Assembly: GCA_052327205.1 (NCBI GenBank)
Contig: CM126204.1
Coordinates: 130,386,001-130,450,000, forward strand
Direction: 5' to 3'
From: Somniosus microcephalus
Lineage: Eukaryota
Length of the DNA stretch: 64,000 nt
This document shows, piece by piece, positions 1-13,420 of the stretch. The notes beneath the pieces are model-generated. The model saw only the letters and a list, made by a program, of their open reading frames with translations, searched no databases and was not told where the DNA came from. The translations under genes and the position numbers were made by a program. How positions within the stretch are numbered: the first letter of the stretch is position 1; each line of letters starts with the position of its first letter.

Positions 1-48
1 TGTGGAAACAAGTCATCCTCGGTTCCGAGGGACTGCCTAAGAAGAAGA
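1..48 (+). mobile_element. 3' end of RTE-clade LINE with (AAG)n tail
   Basis: tgtggaaacaagtcatcctcggttccgagggactgcctaagaagaag is nearly the exact reverse complement of the RTE 3' end at 37397-37446. Confidence 0.8.
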
Positions 49-120
49 GAAGAGCCTCATCATATTTTCTTCAGATTCTAGTTATACAACTCAATCCTAT
101 ATTTTTATAAAATACTGTTG

Positions 121-750
121 ATCTAGAATCATAGAATCAGAGAATCTTATAACACAGAAGGGGGCCATTCAGCCCATCATACCTGTGCTAGCTCTTTGAA
201 AGTCAATATATACAACATCTACTGCAGTACCTTCATCAACCCTCTCTGTTACTTCATCAAAGAACTCTATCAGGTTAGTCAGACACGATTTACCTTTAAC
301 AAATCTATGCTGGCTGTCCATTATTAACCCATGCTTCTCCAAGTAAGAATGAATTTTGTCCATTACAATGGTCTCTAGTAGTTTTTCCACCACTGACGTT
401 AGACTGATTAGGCTGTAGTTACCAGGTTTATCCCTCTCCCCTTTTTTGAACAGGGTTTTAACATTTGCAATCCTCCAGTCCTTTGGTACCACTCCAATAT
501 CCAAGGAGGATTGAAAGATTGTGGTCAGAACTTCTGCAATCTCCATCCTAGCTTCCTTCAGCAACCCAGGATGCATCCCATCTGGAACAGATGACTTGAT
601 GACTTTGAGTGATGCCAACCTATTTAACACCTCCTTTCTATTTTTATCCTATCCAATATCTCCACTTTCCCTCCTCTACTGCAATATTAACTTCATCCTC
701 TTCTTTTGAGAAGACAGATGCAAAGTACTCATTCAGTACCTCAGTCATGC
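121..750 (-). mobile_element. CR1 LINE fragment (RT N-terminal part joined to a short-repeat tail)
   Basis: ORF 169-630 has DWRIANV..FKKG..PGNY..ISLTSVV.KLLE..QH.FVKGKSCLTNLIEFF..VDVVYIDFQ; (tagaatca)n tail at the left edge. Confidence 0.85.
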
Positions 751-1521
751 CCAACCTCTGTTATCGTTACTTTTTGTTTGAGGAGCCGAAATAGTCAAGA
801 CTGGGATTTCATTCTAATATGATGTGGCTTCCATGCTGCTTGATACTGTGCTAGCTCAAACCCGTCGAGCTGTCTCTGGGCATCTGCTTGGGGCGGGCAG
901 CTCGCTGACTCCATTAAAACGTGCCCCTGCCCCGCACCCTGGGCCATTAAAATAGAGTGGATCTAATGCCGCCCTTGCTCGGTGGTCAGTCCGCTCGTTC
1001 TGTCAGTGGACTGACCATGCGTTACAGTCTCCCTCCGTTATAATTTGTACATACAAACAACCCCCTACTACATAGATTGTTTTTTTTTCATGCCAACAGT
1101 TACGTCATTCAACATTCAAAAGTTCATCCTTTATGCTGTTTCCCTGAAGATAAGATGGGGGAGGGCTGCACATCCCCAGAAAGAGTTTGGAAGGAAGTGT
1201 CCAGAGTTTGCATCCAAAGAGAAGGGTCTGAGCTTGGTTTAAAACCATTTGGATCTTTTCATTTCATTGTTAGAGATTTGATTCATTGCACCTTCATGAA
1301 AATGAAATCTGAGTCAATCGAGTGCAAGTGTGATGCAGAATTTGTACATAGATCCCCAAGTGTGCTAGCTGAAGTGTGACAGGCAAAATGCTTGTACATT
1401 AAGTGTTTTTATAAGATCTGGTGGTGCTGCACAGGATAAGTCAAAGGACGCACTTTTTATAAGAACACTATGCCATGTAAACTAGTCTTTTCCTTGTACC
1501 TCCTTACATGGTATAATGAAG

Positions 1522-1670
1522 GAACATAAGAACATTCGGCACAGGCATAGGCCATTCAGCCCCAGGCCTGCTCCGCCATTCAATTAGATCATCGCTGATC
1601 TGCACCTCAACTCCATTTTCCCGCCTTGGCTCCATATTCTTTGATACCCTTACCTAACAAGGATCTACCT
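1522..1670 (-). mobile_element. CR1 3' tail fragment
   Basis: gaacataagaaca...ggccattcagccc...ctccgccattcaa...gctgatc is the reverse complement of the CR1 3'UTR at 6170-6270. Confidence 0.75.
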
Positions 1671-1671
1671 A

Positions 1672-1995
1672 TACAAAAGCAAAATACTAAGGATGCTGGA
1701 AATCTGAAATAAAAACAGAAAGTGTGGGAATTACTCAGCAGGTCAGGCAGCATCTGTAGAGAGAGACAGAGTTAATGTTTCAGGTCGAAGACCTTTCATC
1801 AGAACTGGAAAAAGTTAGAGATGTAACAGGTTTTAAGCAAGTGCAGGGGCAGGGAATGGAAGGGAGGGGGAGCGGGGGAATAGGAGCAGTGGTTATGATC
1901 TGAAATTGTTAAACTCAATGTGGACTCTGGAATGCTGCAAAGTGCCGAATTGAAAGATGAGGTGCTGTTCCTTGAGCTTCCATTGAGCTTCAAGC
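1672..1995 (-). mobile_element. Penelope-like element 3' end (GIY-YIG C-terminus plus pseudo-LTR)
   Basis: Minus strand encodes LKEQHLIFQFGTLQ..IEFNNFRS*, followed by a terminal repeat seen repeatedly in the window that contains a CUGAUGA..GAAA core. Confidence 0.75.
1771..1808 (-). ncRNA. Putative minimal hammerhead ribozyme in Penelope-like pseudo-LTR
   Basis: Minus strand reads ccagtt CTGATGA a aggtc ttc gacct GAAAC attaac: both conserved core boxes around a perfect 5-bp stem II. Confidence 0.55.
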
Positions 1996-2905
1996 CACTA
2001 TCAATCGCAGTCTTGAAAACGCCAATTGTCCCCCAGCATTCACAGCCTTTTGGGGAGAGAGTCTTAAAATTCTATTACTCTTTGTGTGAAACAGCACTTC
2101 CTGACCTTGCTCTTTAATGGTCTAGCTCTAATTTTAAGATTGTGCCCCCTTCTTCCTGATTCCCCCATCAGATCAAATAGTTTCTCTCTATCTACCTTAT
2201 CAAATCCTTTCAATACTTTAAACACCTTGATCAGATCACCCCTCAATCTCCTAAACACAAGGGAATACAAGCCAAGTTCATGTAACCTGTCCTCATAATT
2301 TAACCCTCTAAGCCCAGTATTGTTCTGGTGAATCTTTGCTGCACCCGCTCCAAGGTCACTATATTGTTCCTGAGGTGCAGTGCCCGAAACTGAATGCTCC
2401 AGATGGGGTCTGACCAAGGCTCTGTACAACTGAAGTATCACTTCCTCCGCTTTGTATTCCAGCCCCATGAGATAAAGGCCAATATCGCAATAGCCTTTTT
2501 AATTTCTTTTTGTACCTGGCTGTTAATGATTAGTGTACTTGAACTCCCAAATCTCGTTGCTCCTCCACAGTCTCTAGTTTCTCAGCATTTAGACAATACT
2601 TCAATTTATTTTTCTTGGGTCCAAAATGGAAACCTCACATTTCCCCACATTGAACTCGAATTTCCAATAATTCTGCACACTCACTTAATCTGTTTATGTC
2701 CCTTCGAAACTTCCTGCTCCCAAAATGCACGGTCCCTCCTAACTTAGTGTCATCTGCAATCTTGGATATACAACGCTCTGTTGCTTCATCCAAGTCATTA
2801 ATAAATATGGTGAAAAGTTGAGACCCCAGATCAGATTCCTGGGGAACACCACTTGGCACATCCCACCAATCAGAGTACCTACCCTTTATCCCCACATTCT
2901 GTCTC
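1996..2905 (-). mobile_element. Degraded CR1 LINE ORF2 C-terminal fragment
   Basis: ORFs 2635-2964 (SGVPQ.S.LG.QLFTIFINDLD..ISKIADDTKLGG) and 2064-2468 (LYRALVRPHLE..LGLYSL..RRLRGDLI). Confidence 0.85.
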
Positions 2906-3094
2906 CTATGGTGCACTGTTCTACTGTAAAGGTGTGTGTGTGTCTTGTTTTCCTTTAAGGTCACAAAAACTAATTGGGTGAGTTTATAAACAGACCAGTT
3001 AACAAGTTTGAGATATTATGGCTTTGCTATGTTCTATTGCTGGAGAGCTTGTCTGTACATTCCAATTGAGCGCCTTTGAACTGAATTTTTTTCA

Positions 3095-3545
3095 ATCGTT
3101 ACAGCACAGTAGGAGGCCATTTGGCCCGTCGAGCCCGTGCCGGCTCTCTGCAAGAGCACTTCAGCTAGTCCCACTCTCCCGCACTTTCCCTGTAGCCCTG
3201 CAAATCTTTTTCCTTTTGCTTACTTTCAAAGATTCACAACCCTCTCAGTGAAGAAATTCCTTCTCACATCAGTCTTAAATGGCCCACCCCTTCTCCTGAG
3301 ACTATGGCCCTAGTTCTAGACTCTCCAGCCAGGGGAAACAACCTCTCAGCATCTACCCTGTCAATCCTCCTCAGAATCTTATATGTTTCAATGAGATCAC
3401 CTCTCATTCTTCTAAACTCCAGAGAGTATCGGCCCATTCTACTCAATCTCTCCTCATAGGACAATCCTCTCATCCCAGGGATCAGTCTAGTGAATGTTCG
3501 TTGCACCACCTCTATGGCATGTATGTCCTTTCTCAGATAAGATCC
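3095..3545 (-). mobile_element. CR1 LINE 3' fragment
   Basis: ORF 3264-3509: VQRTFTRLIPGMRGLSYEERLSRMGRYSLEFRRMRGDLIETYKIL, followed by a CR1-type tail. Confidence 0.85.
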
Positions 3546-3744
3546 AACCCCTCACTTCACTGCTTGGTCGGCACTGAGCCAAAAGGGCCTGTTAGTTGTT
3601 TACAGCACTCAATGAACATATACTTGCTGACATAGAATCAACAAATATAGCATAAGTGCACTTTAAACAACAGCCAGTCCCCATCACCCAGCACTATTAA
3701 ATGCCTCAGAGCAACCTGCAGCCTAATACCTTACCCTTATCATC

Positions 3745-6700
3745 TTTCAGGATCATTCTGGAATGCAAGATAACCCCCGGTTTCTATTCTCTACTGCAAA
3801 CCGTCTTCTTAAATCCCTCTTCCCTGTCTGCTCCACACTCACCTCCAACAACTAGTGTGAGGAGCTCATGGACTTCTTTGTCTCTAAGGTTGAAACCATC
3901 CATTCAGCTACCTCTGCCACAACCCCTCCTTCCCCTAGCCCACCGGGCCAAACTTCCTCTAAGGTTTCCCCTGCCCTAGCCCTGAATTCACATCTTTCTC
4001 CAATTTCTCTCCAATCTCCCCTCATGCCCTTTCTGAGCTTATCTTGTCCATGAGACTCACTTCCTGCTCCCTTGACCCAATTCCCACCAAACTGCTGACC
4101 ACCCAACTTCCTTTTCTGGCCCCCATGTGAGCTGACATTATTTACAGTTCTCTCTCTTCAGGTACTGTCCCCCTCTCCTTCAAATCTGCTGTCATCACCT
4201 CCCTCCTCAGAAAAACAACACTTGACCTCTCCATCCTTGCAAACTACCGCCCCATCTCCAACCTCCCTTTCCTTTCCAAAGTCTTTGAACTTATTGTCGC
4301 CTCCCAAATGCCTGCCCATCTTTCCTGGAACTCCAATCAGGTTTCCGCCCCTGCCACAGCACTGAAACGGCTCTTATCAAAGTCACAAATGACATCCTTT
4401 GTGACTGTGACAAAGGTAAACTATCCTAAGCTTTTATAGATATGTGAAGAGAAAAAGATTGGTGAAGTCAAACGTAGGTCCCTTGCAGTCAGAATCGGGG
4501 GAATTTATAATGGGGAACAAAGAAATGGCAGACCAATTAAATACATATTTTGGTTCTGTCTTCACAAAGGAGGACACAAATAACCTCCCAGAGATGTTGG
4601 GGAACATAGGGTCTGATGAAAGGGAGGAACTGAAAGAAATCAGTATTTGTAGGGAAATGGCGTTAGGGAAATTGATGGGATTGAAGGCCGATAAATCCCC
4701 AGGGCCTGATAATCTACATCCTAGGGTAGGTAAGGAAGTGGCCCTAGAAATAATAGATGCATTGCTGATCATCTTCCAACATTCAATGGAATCTGGAACA
4801 GTACCCATGGATTGGAGGGTAGCTAATGTTACCTCACTATTCAAAAAAGGCGGTAGAGAGAAAACGGGGAATTACAGACCGGTAAGCCTGACCTCGGTAG
4901 TGGGGAAAATGCTAGAATCCATTATAAAAGATACATGTAATTGCAGAGCACTTGGAAAACAGTGACAGGATCGGACAAAGTCAACCTGGATTTACAAAAG
5001 GTAAATTGTGCTTGACTAATCTACTGGAATTTTTTGAGGATGTAACTGATAAAATAGATAAGGGAGAACCAGTGGATGTGGTGTATTTGGACTTTCAGAA
5101 GGCTTTCGATAAGGTCCCGCATAAGAGATTAGCGTGTAAAGTTAAGGCACATGGGATTGGGGGCAAGGTATTGACTTGGATAGAGAACTGGTTGGCAGAC
5201 AGAAAGCAAAGAGTTGGAATAAACGGGTCTTTTTCCGAGTGGCAGGCAGTGGGGTACTGCAGGGATCGGTCCTTGGACCCCAGCTATTCACAATATATAT
5301 TAATGATCTAGACAAGGGAACTAGATGTAATATCTCCAAATTTGCAGATGACACAAAGCTGGGTGGGCGTGTGTGCTGTGAGGAGGATGCCGAGAAACTA
5401 CAGGATGATTTGGACAGGTTGGGTGATTGGGCAGAAGCATGGCAGATGCAATGTAATGTGGATAAATGTGAGGTTATTCACTTTGGTGGCAAAAACAAGA
5501 AAACAGATTATTATCTGAATGGCAATAGACTGGGAGAAGGGGAAGTGCAACGAGACCTGGGGGTCCTTGTGCACCAGTCGCTGAAGGTAAGCATGCAGGT
5601 GCAGCAGGCGGTTAAGAAGGCAAATGATATGTTGGCCTTCGTAGCGAGAGGGTTTGAGTACAGGAACAAGGATATCTTGCTGCAGTTATACAGGGCCCTG
5701 GTGAGACCACATCTTGAGTATTGTGTGCAGTTTTGGTCGCCTTATCTGAGGAAGGATGCTCTTGCCATGGAAGGAGTTCAGCGAAGATACACCAGGCTGA
5801 TACCTGGGATAGCAGGAATGGCATATGAGGAGAGATTGGGTCGATTGGGCTTGTCCTCGCTGGAGTTTAGAAGAATGAGAGGGGAATCTCATTGAAACTT
5901 ATAAAATTCTGACAGGACTGGACAGACTAGATGCAGGAAGGATGTTCCCGATGGTCGGGGTGTCCAGAACCAGGGGTCACAGTCTAAGGATAAGGGGTAG
6001 GCCATTTAGGACAGAAATGAGGAGGAATTTCTTCACCTAGAGAGTGGTGAACCTGTGGAATCCTCTACCACAGAAGGCAGTACATTAAATATATTCAAGA
6101 AGGAGTTGGATATATTTCTTAAGGCTAAAGGGATCAAGGGGTATGGGGAGAAAGCAGGGACCGGGTACTGAATTTGGATGATCAGCCATGATCGCATTGA
6201 ATGGCGGAGCAGGCTCGAGCGGCCGAATGGCCTACTCCTGCTCCTATCTTCTATGTTTCTATGTTTCCATGTTTCCCTCCTCATCCTTCTCGACCTGTCT
6301 GCAGCCTTTGACACAGTTGACCACTCCACCCTCCTCCAATGCCTCTCCACCGTCGTCCAGCTGGGTGTGACTGCACTCGCCTGGTTCCATTCTTATCTAT
6401 CTAATCATAGCCAGAGAATCAGCTGCAATGTCTTCTTTTCCTGCTCCTGCATCATTTCCTCTGGTGTCCCTCTTAGCCCCCCTCCTATTTCTCATCTACA
6501 TGCTGCCCCATCGGCGACATCATCCGAAAACACAGCGTCAGTTTCCACATGTATGCTGACGACACCCAGCTCTACCTCACCGCCACGTCTCTCAGCCCCT
6601 CCATGTCTCTAAATTGTCAGACTGCTTGTCCAACATCCAGTACTGAATGAGCAGGTATTTCCTCCAACTAAATATTGAGAAGACTGAAGCTATTGTCTTC

Positions 6701-7515
6701 AGTCCCTGCCATAAACTCCGTTCCCTAGCCACGGACCCCATCCCTCTCCCTAGCATCTGCCTGAAGCTGAACCAGACTGTTCGCAACCTTGGTGTCATAT
6801 TTGATCCTGAAATGAGCTTCTGACCACATATCCATTCCATCGCTAAGACCGCCTATTTCCACCCCCGTAACATTGCACATCTCCGCCCGTGCCTCAGCTC
6901 ATCTGCTGCTGAAACCTTTATCCATGCTGTTGTTACCTCTAGACTTTACTATTCCAATGCACTCCTGGCTGGCCTCCCACATTCCACCCTACGTAAACTT
7001 GAAGCCATCCAAAACTTGGCTGGCCATGTCCTAACTCGCACCAAGTCCCGTTCACACATCACATCTGTGCTCGCTGATCTACATTGGTTCCCGGTTAAGC
7101 AACGCCTCAATTTTAAATTTCTCATTCTTGTTTTCAAATCCCTCCATGGCCTCGCCCCTCCCTGTCTCTTTAATCTCCTCCAGCCCCACAACCCTGCGAG
7201 CTCTCTGCGCTCCTCTAATTCTGCGCTCTTGAACATCCCTGATTATAATCACTCAACCATTGGTGGCCATGCCTTCAGCTGCCAGGGCCCGAAGCTCTGG
7301 AATTCCCTCCCTAAACCTCTCCGCCTCGCTACCTCTCTCTCCTCCTTTAAGATGCTCCTTAAAACCTACCTTATTGACCAAGCTTTTGATCATCTACCTT
7401 ATTTTCTCCTTATGCGGCTCAGTGTCAAATTTTGTTTTATAACACTCCTGTGAAGCACCTTGGGACAGTTTACTATGCTAAAGGTGCTATATAAATATAA
7501 GTTGTTACTGTTGTT
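3745..7515 (+). mobile_element. L2-clade LINE, interrupted by a CR1 insertion at about 4427-6274
   Basis: L2 RT sequence ([29 protein letters not shown]) breaks at ggtaaactatcc (4426) and resumes at about 6275 with [16 protein letters not shown], continuing to KLWNSLP and an L2-type tail (gctatataaatataagttgtt). Confidence 0.85.
4427..6274 (+). mobile_element. 5'-truncated CR1 LINE (ORF2 RT region, frameshifted) with (tatgtttc)n tail
   Basis: ORFs 4444-4965, 4952-5311 and 5176-5895 give contiguous CR1 RT motifs (KSPGPD, NYRPVSLTS, LDFQKAFDKVPH, QGSVLGP, KFADDTKL). Confidence 0.92.
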
Positions 7516-7605
7516 GTTCCTGTGTGTCCTTAATTTAAAACAAAAACACACATATGACAATAAATACCACAGATTTACAGTTTCGACAAAAGTATGAAGA
7601 CAATT

Positions 7606-8915
7606 GTGTCAGCCATGGCACAGTTGGTAACACCCTTGCCTCTGAGTCAGAAGGTTGTGGGTTCAAGTCCCGCTCCAGAGACTCAACCACAAAATCTAGG
7701 CTGACACTCCCAGTGCAGTGCTGAGGGAGCGCTGCACTGTCGGAGGTGCCGGGCTAGATTTTCGTGGAGCCGTCAGGCGGGGTTTCAGGCGTGTGGGGGG
7801 GGGGAAATCCCGAATTTGTGGGTCCCGACACCATCCCGCCCAAAACCCCACCCCACGTAAGTTTCAGGGGCGGCGGGTACCCGCCCCGCACTGGGACCCG
7901 CCGAAACCAGGCAGGAAGGGATTAGTGCCAATTAACTGCTGGTTAACAGGTAGTTAACAGGCAGTTTTTAGCCTAATCCCTATTTTGAGGGGTTTCGTGT
8001 GGGTTTCCCGATGGCTCCAAACCACGCCAGGTTAGAGCAGGCGGGCCGTCGGGTTGAAGGAGTTGGAGGGGTGTTGGCACTCAGGTGAGTGATGGGTGCA
8101 TGAGTGTAAAGGTAAGTGTGTTTGGTGTGTCTAAAGTGTGTAAAGAACTTTTACTTACCTGTACTTACCTTCACAGCCTTTCTTCCTGTAGCCGTCGGGA
8201 GCGCATCACTCAGCCGGTACTTAAAGCTGAATGGCTGCGATCTGTGAAAAGTGACAGCCTTTAGCTTTGAGTGCCGGTAAGAGTTCTAACTGAGTCTGTG
8301 CAGAATGACTCATGTCAGAACTCAGACTGTCAGTGTTTGACAGCTTCAAACAGCTGTGAAACACTGATATTTCATCTGTCAAGAACTCTTGACAGATGAA
8401 ATTGCAATCTGTGACGTCACCTGTTGCCGAGTGGCCCTTAATTGGCCTGCTGAGCCCGCTGGGCGGGCTGAACAAGGTCAATCAAGGGAAAATCACGCGG
8501 ATTGGCCGGACATTGAAGTAGGCGGGTCAAAAACCCGAAAGGGGAGGTCCCGCCTTCTTCCCGAAAGGTTCGGGAAAATCTACCCCGCCATCTTTGGATG
8601 AGACGTTAAACCAAGGTCCTGTCTGGTCAATCAGGTGGACGTAAAAGATCCCATGGCACTAATTCAAAGAAGAGCAGGGGTTTTATCCCTGGTGTCCTGG
8701 CCAATATTTATCCCTCAATCAACATCACTAAAAAAAAACACATTATCTGGTTATTATCACATTGCTGTTTGTGCGAGCTTGCTGTGCGCAGATTGGCTGC
8801 CATGTTTCCTACATTACAGCAGTGACTACACTTCAAAAAGTACTTCATTGGCTGTAAAGTGCTTTGGGACGTCCGGTGGTCAGGAAAGGCGCTATAGAAA
8901 TGCACGTCTTTCTTT
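7606..8915 (+). mobile_element. tRNA-headed DeuSINE-type SINE (SacSINE1-like), split by a MITE
   Basis: Pol III A/B boxes (tggcacagttgg / ggttcaagtcc), central ggcact..aagagcagggg..ggtgtcctggccaatatttatccc domain, tail gtaaagtgctttgggac..aaggcgctatagaaatgc. The family name comes from recalled similarity, not a search. Confidence 0.8.
7751..8586. mobile_element. Harbinger-type MITE
   Basis: TIRs gggctagattttc / gaaaatctacccc (12 of 13 match); 3-bp TSD gcc; the SINE is continuous across the insertion. Confidence 0.85.
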
Positions 8916-9054
8916 TTTATAAACACTTGCTGCTAGCATTCCCATAAAATTCTCTATTAAAAATGAAATGTGATTCATGCAGTTCCATGTATCTGTTGCC
9001 TTTTCATGACATTATGTGACATAAAATAGCATATCCTCCAACTTACTTGAGCAA

Positions 9055-10635
9055 GAACAACAACTTGCATTTACACAGCACATTTAACGTAGCATAGAAG
9101 TTCAAAAGTGCTTCACAGAGGCTTAATCAGACAAATATCAACACTAAGCCGAAGAAGATTGTAGAAGGGGTGACTAAAAGCTAAGTCAAAGATATGGGGG
9201 GAAAAATTCGGTTGCTTTGCACCTCCCGTTAGCGCCCTAAGAGGGTGCTAATGGGGCGCAAAGCAACTAGCGCCCGGGCGCGGTGATGTTTGCGCTGCTT
9301 GCGAAATTGACCAGATACTTTGCAGCGGCGCTAAATACTACCACCACAACGTCCTGCGTCCGCAGATTGTGACGTCAGTCGAGCATGCAACGCCCCAGTA
9401 GCACCCAAGACCGGATATTGAGTGGCAACCCCTGCCTTACCACCTGTCGCTAGCAATGACAGGTCGAGGGGAGCGTTTTGCAGTTAGGAAGGGACTGGGG
9501 GAGCGCTATTTAATGGCAACCACTTCCTGCCTTTTTTTGTCGCCGATATTTTTGCACCATGCATTCTGAGAGAGAGAGAGAGAGACTTCTGGAGAGAGTC
9601 AATGCTGTGTGAAGGAGTTTTGGGTACTGAGCAGCACTTTGCAGGTTCATTTTGATTTGCCCTTCCTTGTATCGATTTAGAAGAGACTGTGGGGGCTGCA
9701 CTCTGAGCTCTTTCCCTGGGCCTCTCCATTGTTCTTTCCAGCAGATTTGATGTACAGGTCTCTCCAGGCCAAGATTCAAGGTTGCAATGAATAGGTTGTG
9801 GATGGAGAGCAAGATCGACCCTCCCCTTTAAGAACTGGCCGGCGCCAGTGTGTCTGTGTTCCATTGCTGACTGACATCACATGAGCTTTGCCAGCGCTCT
9901 GAGTTAGCGCCTTAAGAGAGGTGTGTAGCACCTGATTTAGCGCTCCAATCACCTCCAGGGGCGATATATGCCAAATATGATATATGGGAGATACCAAATT
10001 TCTCCCCCATGGGGTTTAAGGAGGTTCTTAAAGGATGAGAGGGAGGTGGAGATTCAAAGAGGTTTAGGAAGGTATTACCAGAGTTTGGGGCCTAGACGGC
10101 CACCAATGGTGGGGCAAAGGGAGTGTAGGATGCACAGGAGGTCAGAGTTGGAGGAACTCAGAGTTCTTGGAGGGCTGTAGGGCTGGAGAAAGTTACAGGG
10201 GAATGGCCAAGAGGGTTTTGAACATGAGGATGAGAATTTTAAATTTGAGATTTTGGGGAACTGGAGCCAATGTAGGTCAGTGGTGATGGATGACGGGTCT
10301 TGGTGTAGGAAAGGATACGGCTGGCAGCAGAGCTTTAGATGAACTGAAGTTTATGGAAGGTGGAAGATGGGAAGCCGGGCAAGTGAGCATTGGAATAGTC
10401 GTGTCTGGAGGTGAGAAAGGCATGGATGAGGGTTTTGGCAGAAATTGTGCTGAGGCAGGAGCGGAGATAGATGATGTTACAGAGGTGGAAGTAGGCGGTC
10501 TTTGTCTTGGAGGGGTTATGGGGTCATAAGCTCAGCTTAGGATCAAATAGGATGTCAAGGTTGTGAACAGTCTAGTTCAACCTGAGACAGCAACCGGGGA
10601 AGGGGGTGGAATTGATGGTGAGGGGATGGAATTAC
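9055..10635 (-). mobile_element. Degraded L2 LINE 3' portion, interrupted at 9197-10008
   Basis: Reverse-complement similarity to the L2 at 6700-7510; tail aacaacaacttgcattta. Confidence 0.75.
9197..10008. mobile_element. Non-autonomous internal-deletion derivative related to the Harbinger at 45738-50027
   Basis: TIR gggggaaaaattcgg / ccaaatttctccccc; TSD atg. The left part matches 45738-46250 and the right part matches 49640-49925, including the first Myb codons (MERPRERAQ). Confidence 0.88.
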
Positions 10636-10799
10636 AATACACAGTTATAATAAAGTGCAATTATAAAATGTAAGAAAGCTTATTGTGCAAATGTAGGATA
10701 AAATAGGTGGAAAGTGACGAGTGAACGTAACATTATTAGATCAGAAAGAACAGGGATCTATTGAATACAATTGGGCCTTAGAAAATCATAATCAGCCGG

Positions 10800-10910
10800 A
10801 AGTTCATATATGGAGGCTCAGCACCACCTTCTTAAGGGCAAGCAGGGATGGGCAATAAATGCTGGCCTTGCCAGCCATGCCCACATCCCAAGAATTAGTT
10901 AAAAAAAAGA
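10800..10910 (+). mobile_element. 3' tail fragment of the LINE family seen at 53620-63145
   Basis: caccaccttcttaagggcaa..gggcaataaatgctggccttgccagc..gcccacatccc matches 63055-63126. Confidence 0.7.
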
Positions 10911-12639
10911 ATTTTAGATACAAGCTCCTGATTGACTAAGATTTCCACCATAAATGCAGACCCTTGAAATTATTCCTAACTGTAACTGACTAATAATTCC
11001 CCATGTTCAATTTTTGGATTTGAATATTTTATCAGAGTTTTAAGACTTGCGTACACCCGATCCCAAATTAATTTTAGGATTGTTTGACATCCTGTTTCTT
11101 GTTAACTTAAAATCTCTAGGAAAAAAGAATCAAATGTTTAGTGCAACACATGCAAATAGGATGTTTAGTCACATACTAATGTGGTAAAAATTTAATTCCA
11201 TGTGGGGAGATGGGTTAAATGAATTTGAAACGTTGGCGCAATTGGGGCCACTGAAAGAAATGAGAGTAAGTGGAATCCATCATATTGCTGCCGCGGAAGC
11301 TGTAAGAGACAGAATATGATGGATTCTAACTAAGCACTAAATGAAATCATACTCAGAGGGTTAGACTCCAGTGACTGATTGGCTCACATCCATAGATTTG
11401 AACATCACTTTTGTGTTGGAGGACTTTCCCGGCTGTGTTAGGTTGCTTTCTGTCCAATTAAAACATGACAGCCTTGTAACATTCCTGTTACCGTTTCCTA
11501 GTGTTCAAAAGTCCTCTACAGTGCTGGAAAATCAGAAGGGGCCTTTCATGTCTGGAAGCAAGGTCGTACACTGACAGGCAATGTTTAGATGCAACGTACA
11601 ATTAATGACAACATCTTTCAACCTTCAGCTGAAAGCAAACTCGGGGCAACGTCAATTGTTTGCAGAGTTTTGCCTCTCCTTTTGTCAAATTCTCCTGGTG
11701 TTTTGCTCCTAGGGGAGTCTGACTCCATTGACTGTTTGCAAGTGAGCAGAAACAAAATTGGCCAAAATGGTATAAATATTTCATCAAGTCTTTGTGATGT
11801 AGTGGGCTTAGCTATTCTTAATGGTGCACTTTACTAGCCGATTTTTCATACATCATTAAACAGTGGCTGCAGCAATTGTTCTGTTTCTCTGATATACCCT
11901 AGTTAGTGGGACCAAGTTCCCAGCAACTCAGACACTATAGACAGTAATATTCTGTCGATATCCCATCGAAGTAATTGTACTACCTGTGAGATTCTGTTAA
12001 ATGTCTGTGTGCCAGAGTGTTTTAAAAGCCGAATTGTTGATTTGAATCGGAAGATTGTATTCTTGGACTGCAAGCTACTGCCACCATCAGGTGTGTGTGT
12101 GTGTGCTATCTCTCCTTCTGTGTAGTCATGGATCCGATTCGATATCTCATCACCTTTGGATCAGTTCAGATGAGATGGTGCATGTTCCCCATTCCAGTAA
12201 TTGGCAGGACAGCACCAAGACATGTCTTTATTTTCACTCAGCCATCAATAAGGGTTGGCATTAACTTCCGGTTTCGAAGAATTTGCTTAAACTCCTGCTG
12301 GCGACATAAGGGACAATGAACCAAAAGAAATTCATTAGCACAGGGACAAACTTATCCGAACATTTACTCTAGATTCCGTACACTTGATAAATTAAGTATT
12401 CTCTTTAGCATAGATGTTCAACAGATTAGCTCCTATCTATAAGGAAGATTTCCAAATGGAACTTTCTATTCCCTCAATTATCTATAATGCCAACTCCCAG
12501 GCTGACAGTATTGATCTCTATACATGTCATTTTGTCATATTATAAGCAACTAGAAGTCAAGATACAAAAAATATGAAACAAAAACCAGATCTTATGAAAC
12601 TCTTGAGGCTTGAGAGGGTAGAAAACCTGATTTGCACCC

Positions 12640-12812
12640 AGGGGAGCCAAGTGTTTGGGGCCGAACTGAGACTGATAGATTTTTATTAGGCAAGGGTATT
12701 AAGGGTTATGGAAACAAGGAGGGTAAATGGAGTTAAGATACAGAGCAGCCATGATCTAATTGAATGGCGGAACAGGCTCGAGGAGCTGAATGGCCTCCTG
12801 ATGTTCCTGTGC
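12640..12812 (+). mobile_element. CR1 3' tail
   Basis: cagccatgatctaattgaatggcggaacaggctcgaggagctgaatggcctcctg. Confidence 0.75.
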
Positions 12813-12957
12813 CCGACAGGATTGCACCATATCTGCTGCGGCCCTTTACATTCCAGTAGAAGGGATTGGGCAGCTTGGCGTGTTGGTGGGAGGATTGGGG
12901 GAGGTGCCACTGAAGTGTAATAGCAGACCTGATGCACCTCTCCCAGTTAGGTAAAAA

Positions 12958-13420
12958 AGACTGAAAGACTTGCATTTCTATAACGTCTTTCACGACCTCG
13001 GGACGTCCCAAAGCACTTTACAGCCAATGAAGTAATTCTGAAGTGTAGTCACTGTTGTTATGTAGGAAACGCGGCAGCCAATTTGCACACAGCAAGGTCC
13101 CACAAACAGCAATGTGATAATGACCAAATAATCTGATTTAGTGATGTTGATTGAGGGATAAATATTGGCTGGGACACTGGGGATAACTTCCCTGCTCTTC
13201 TTCAAAATAGTGCCATGGGATCTTTTACGTCCACCTGAGAGAGCAGATGGGGCCTCAATTTAACGTCTCACCTGAAAGACAGCACCTCCAACAGTGCAGC
13301 GCTCCCTCAGTACTGCACTGGAGTGTCAGCCTAGATTTTTGTGCTCAAGTCTCTGGAGTGTGATTTGAACTCACAACCTTCTGACCCAGAGGTGAGAGTG
13401 CTACCCACTGAGCCAAAACT
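12958..13420 (-). mobile_element. Full-length DeuSINE-type SINE
   Basis: Reverse complement of the SINE at 43541-43995 (head, central domain and tail). Confidence 0.85.

Noticed and set aside
10900-12600. Possible host exons (also at 35200-35500 and 45200-45730)
   Set aside because: Splice-like signals are present, but no recognisable protein or consistent frame.
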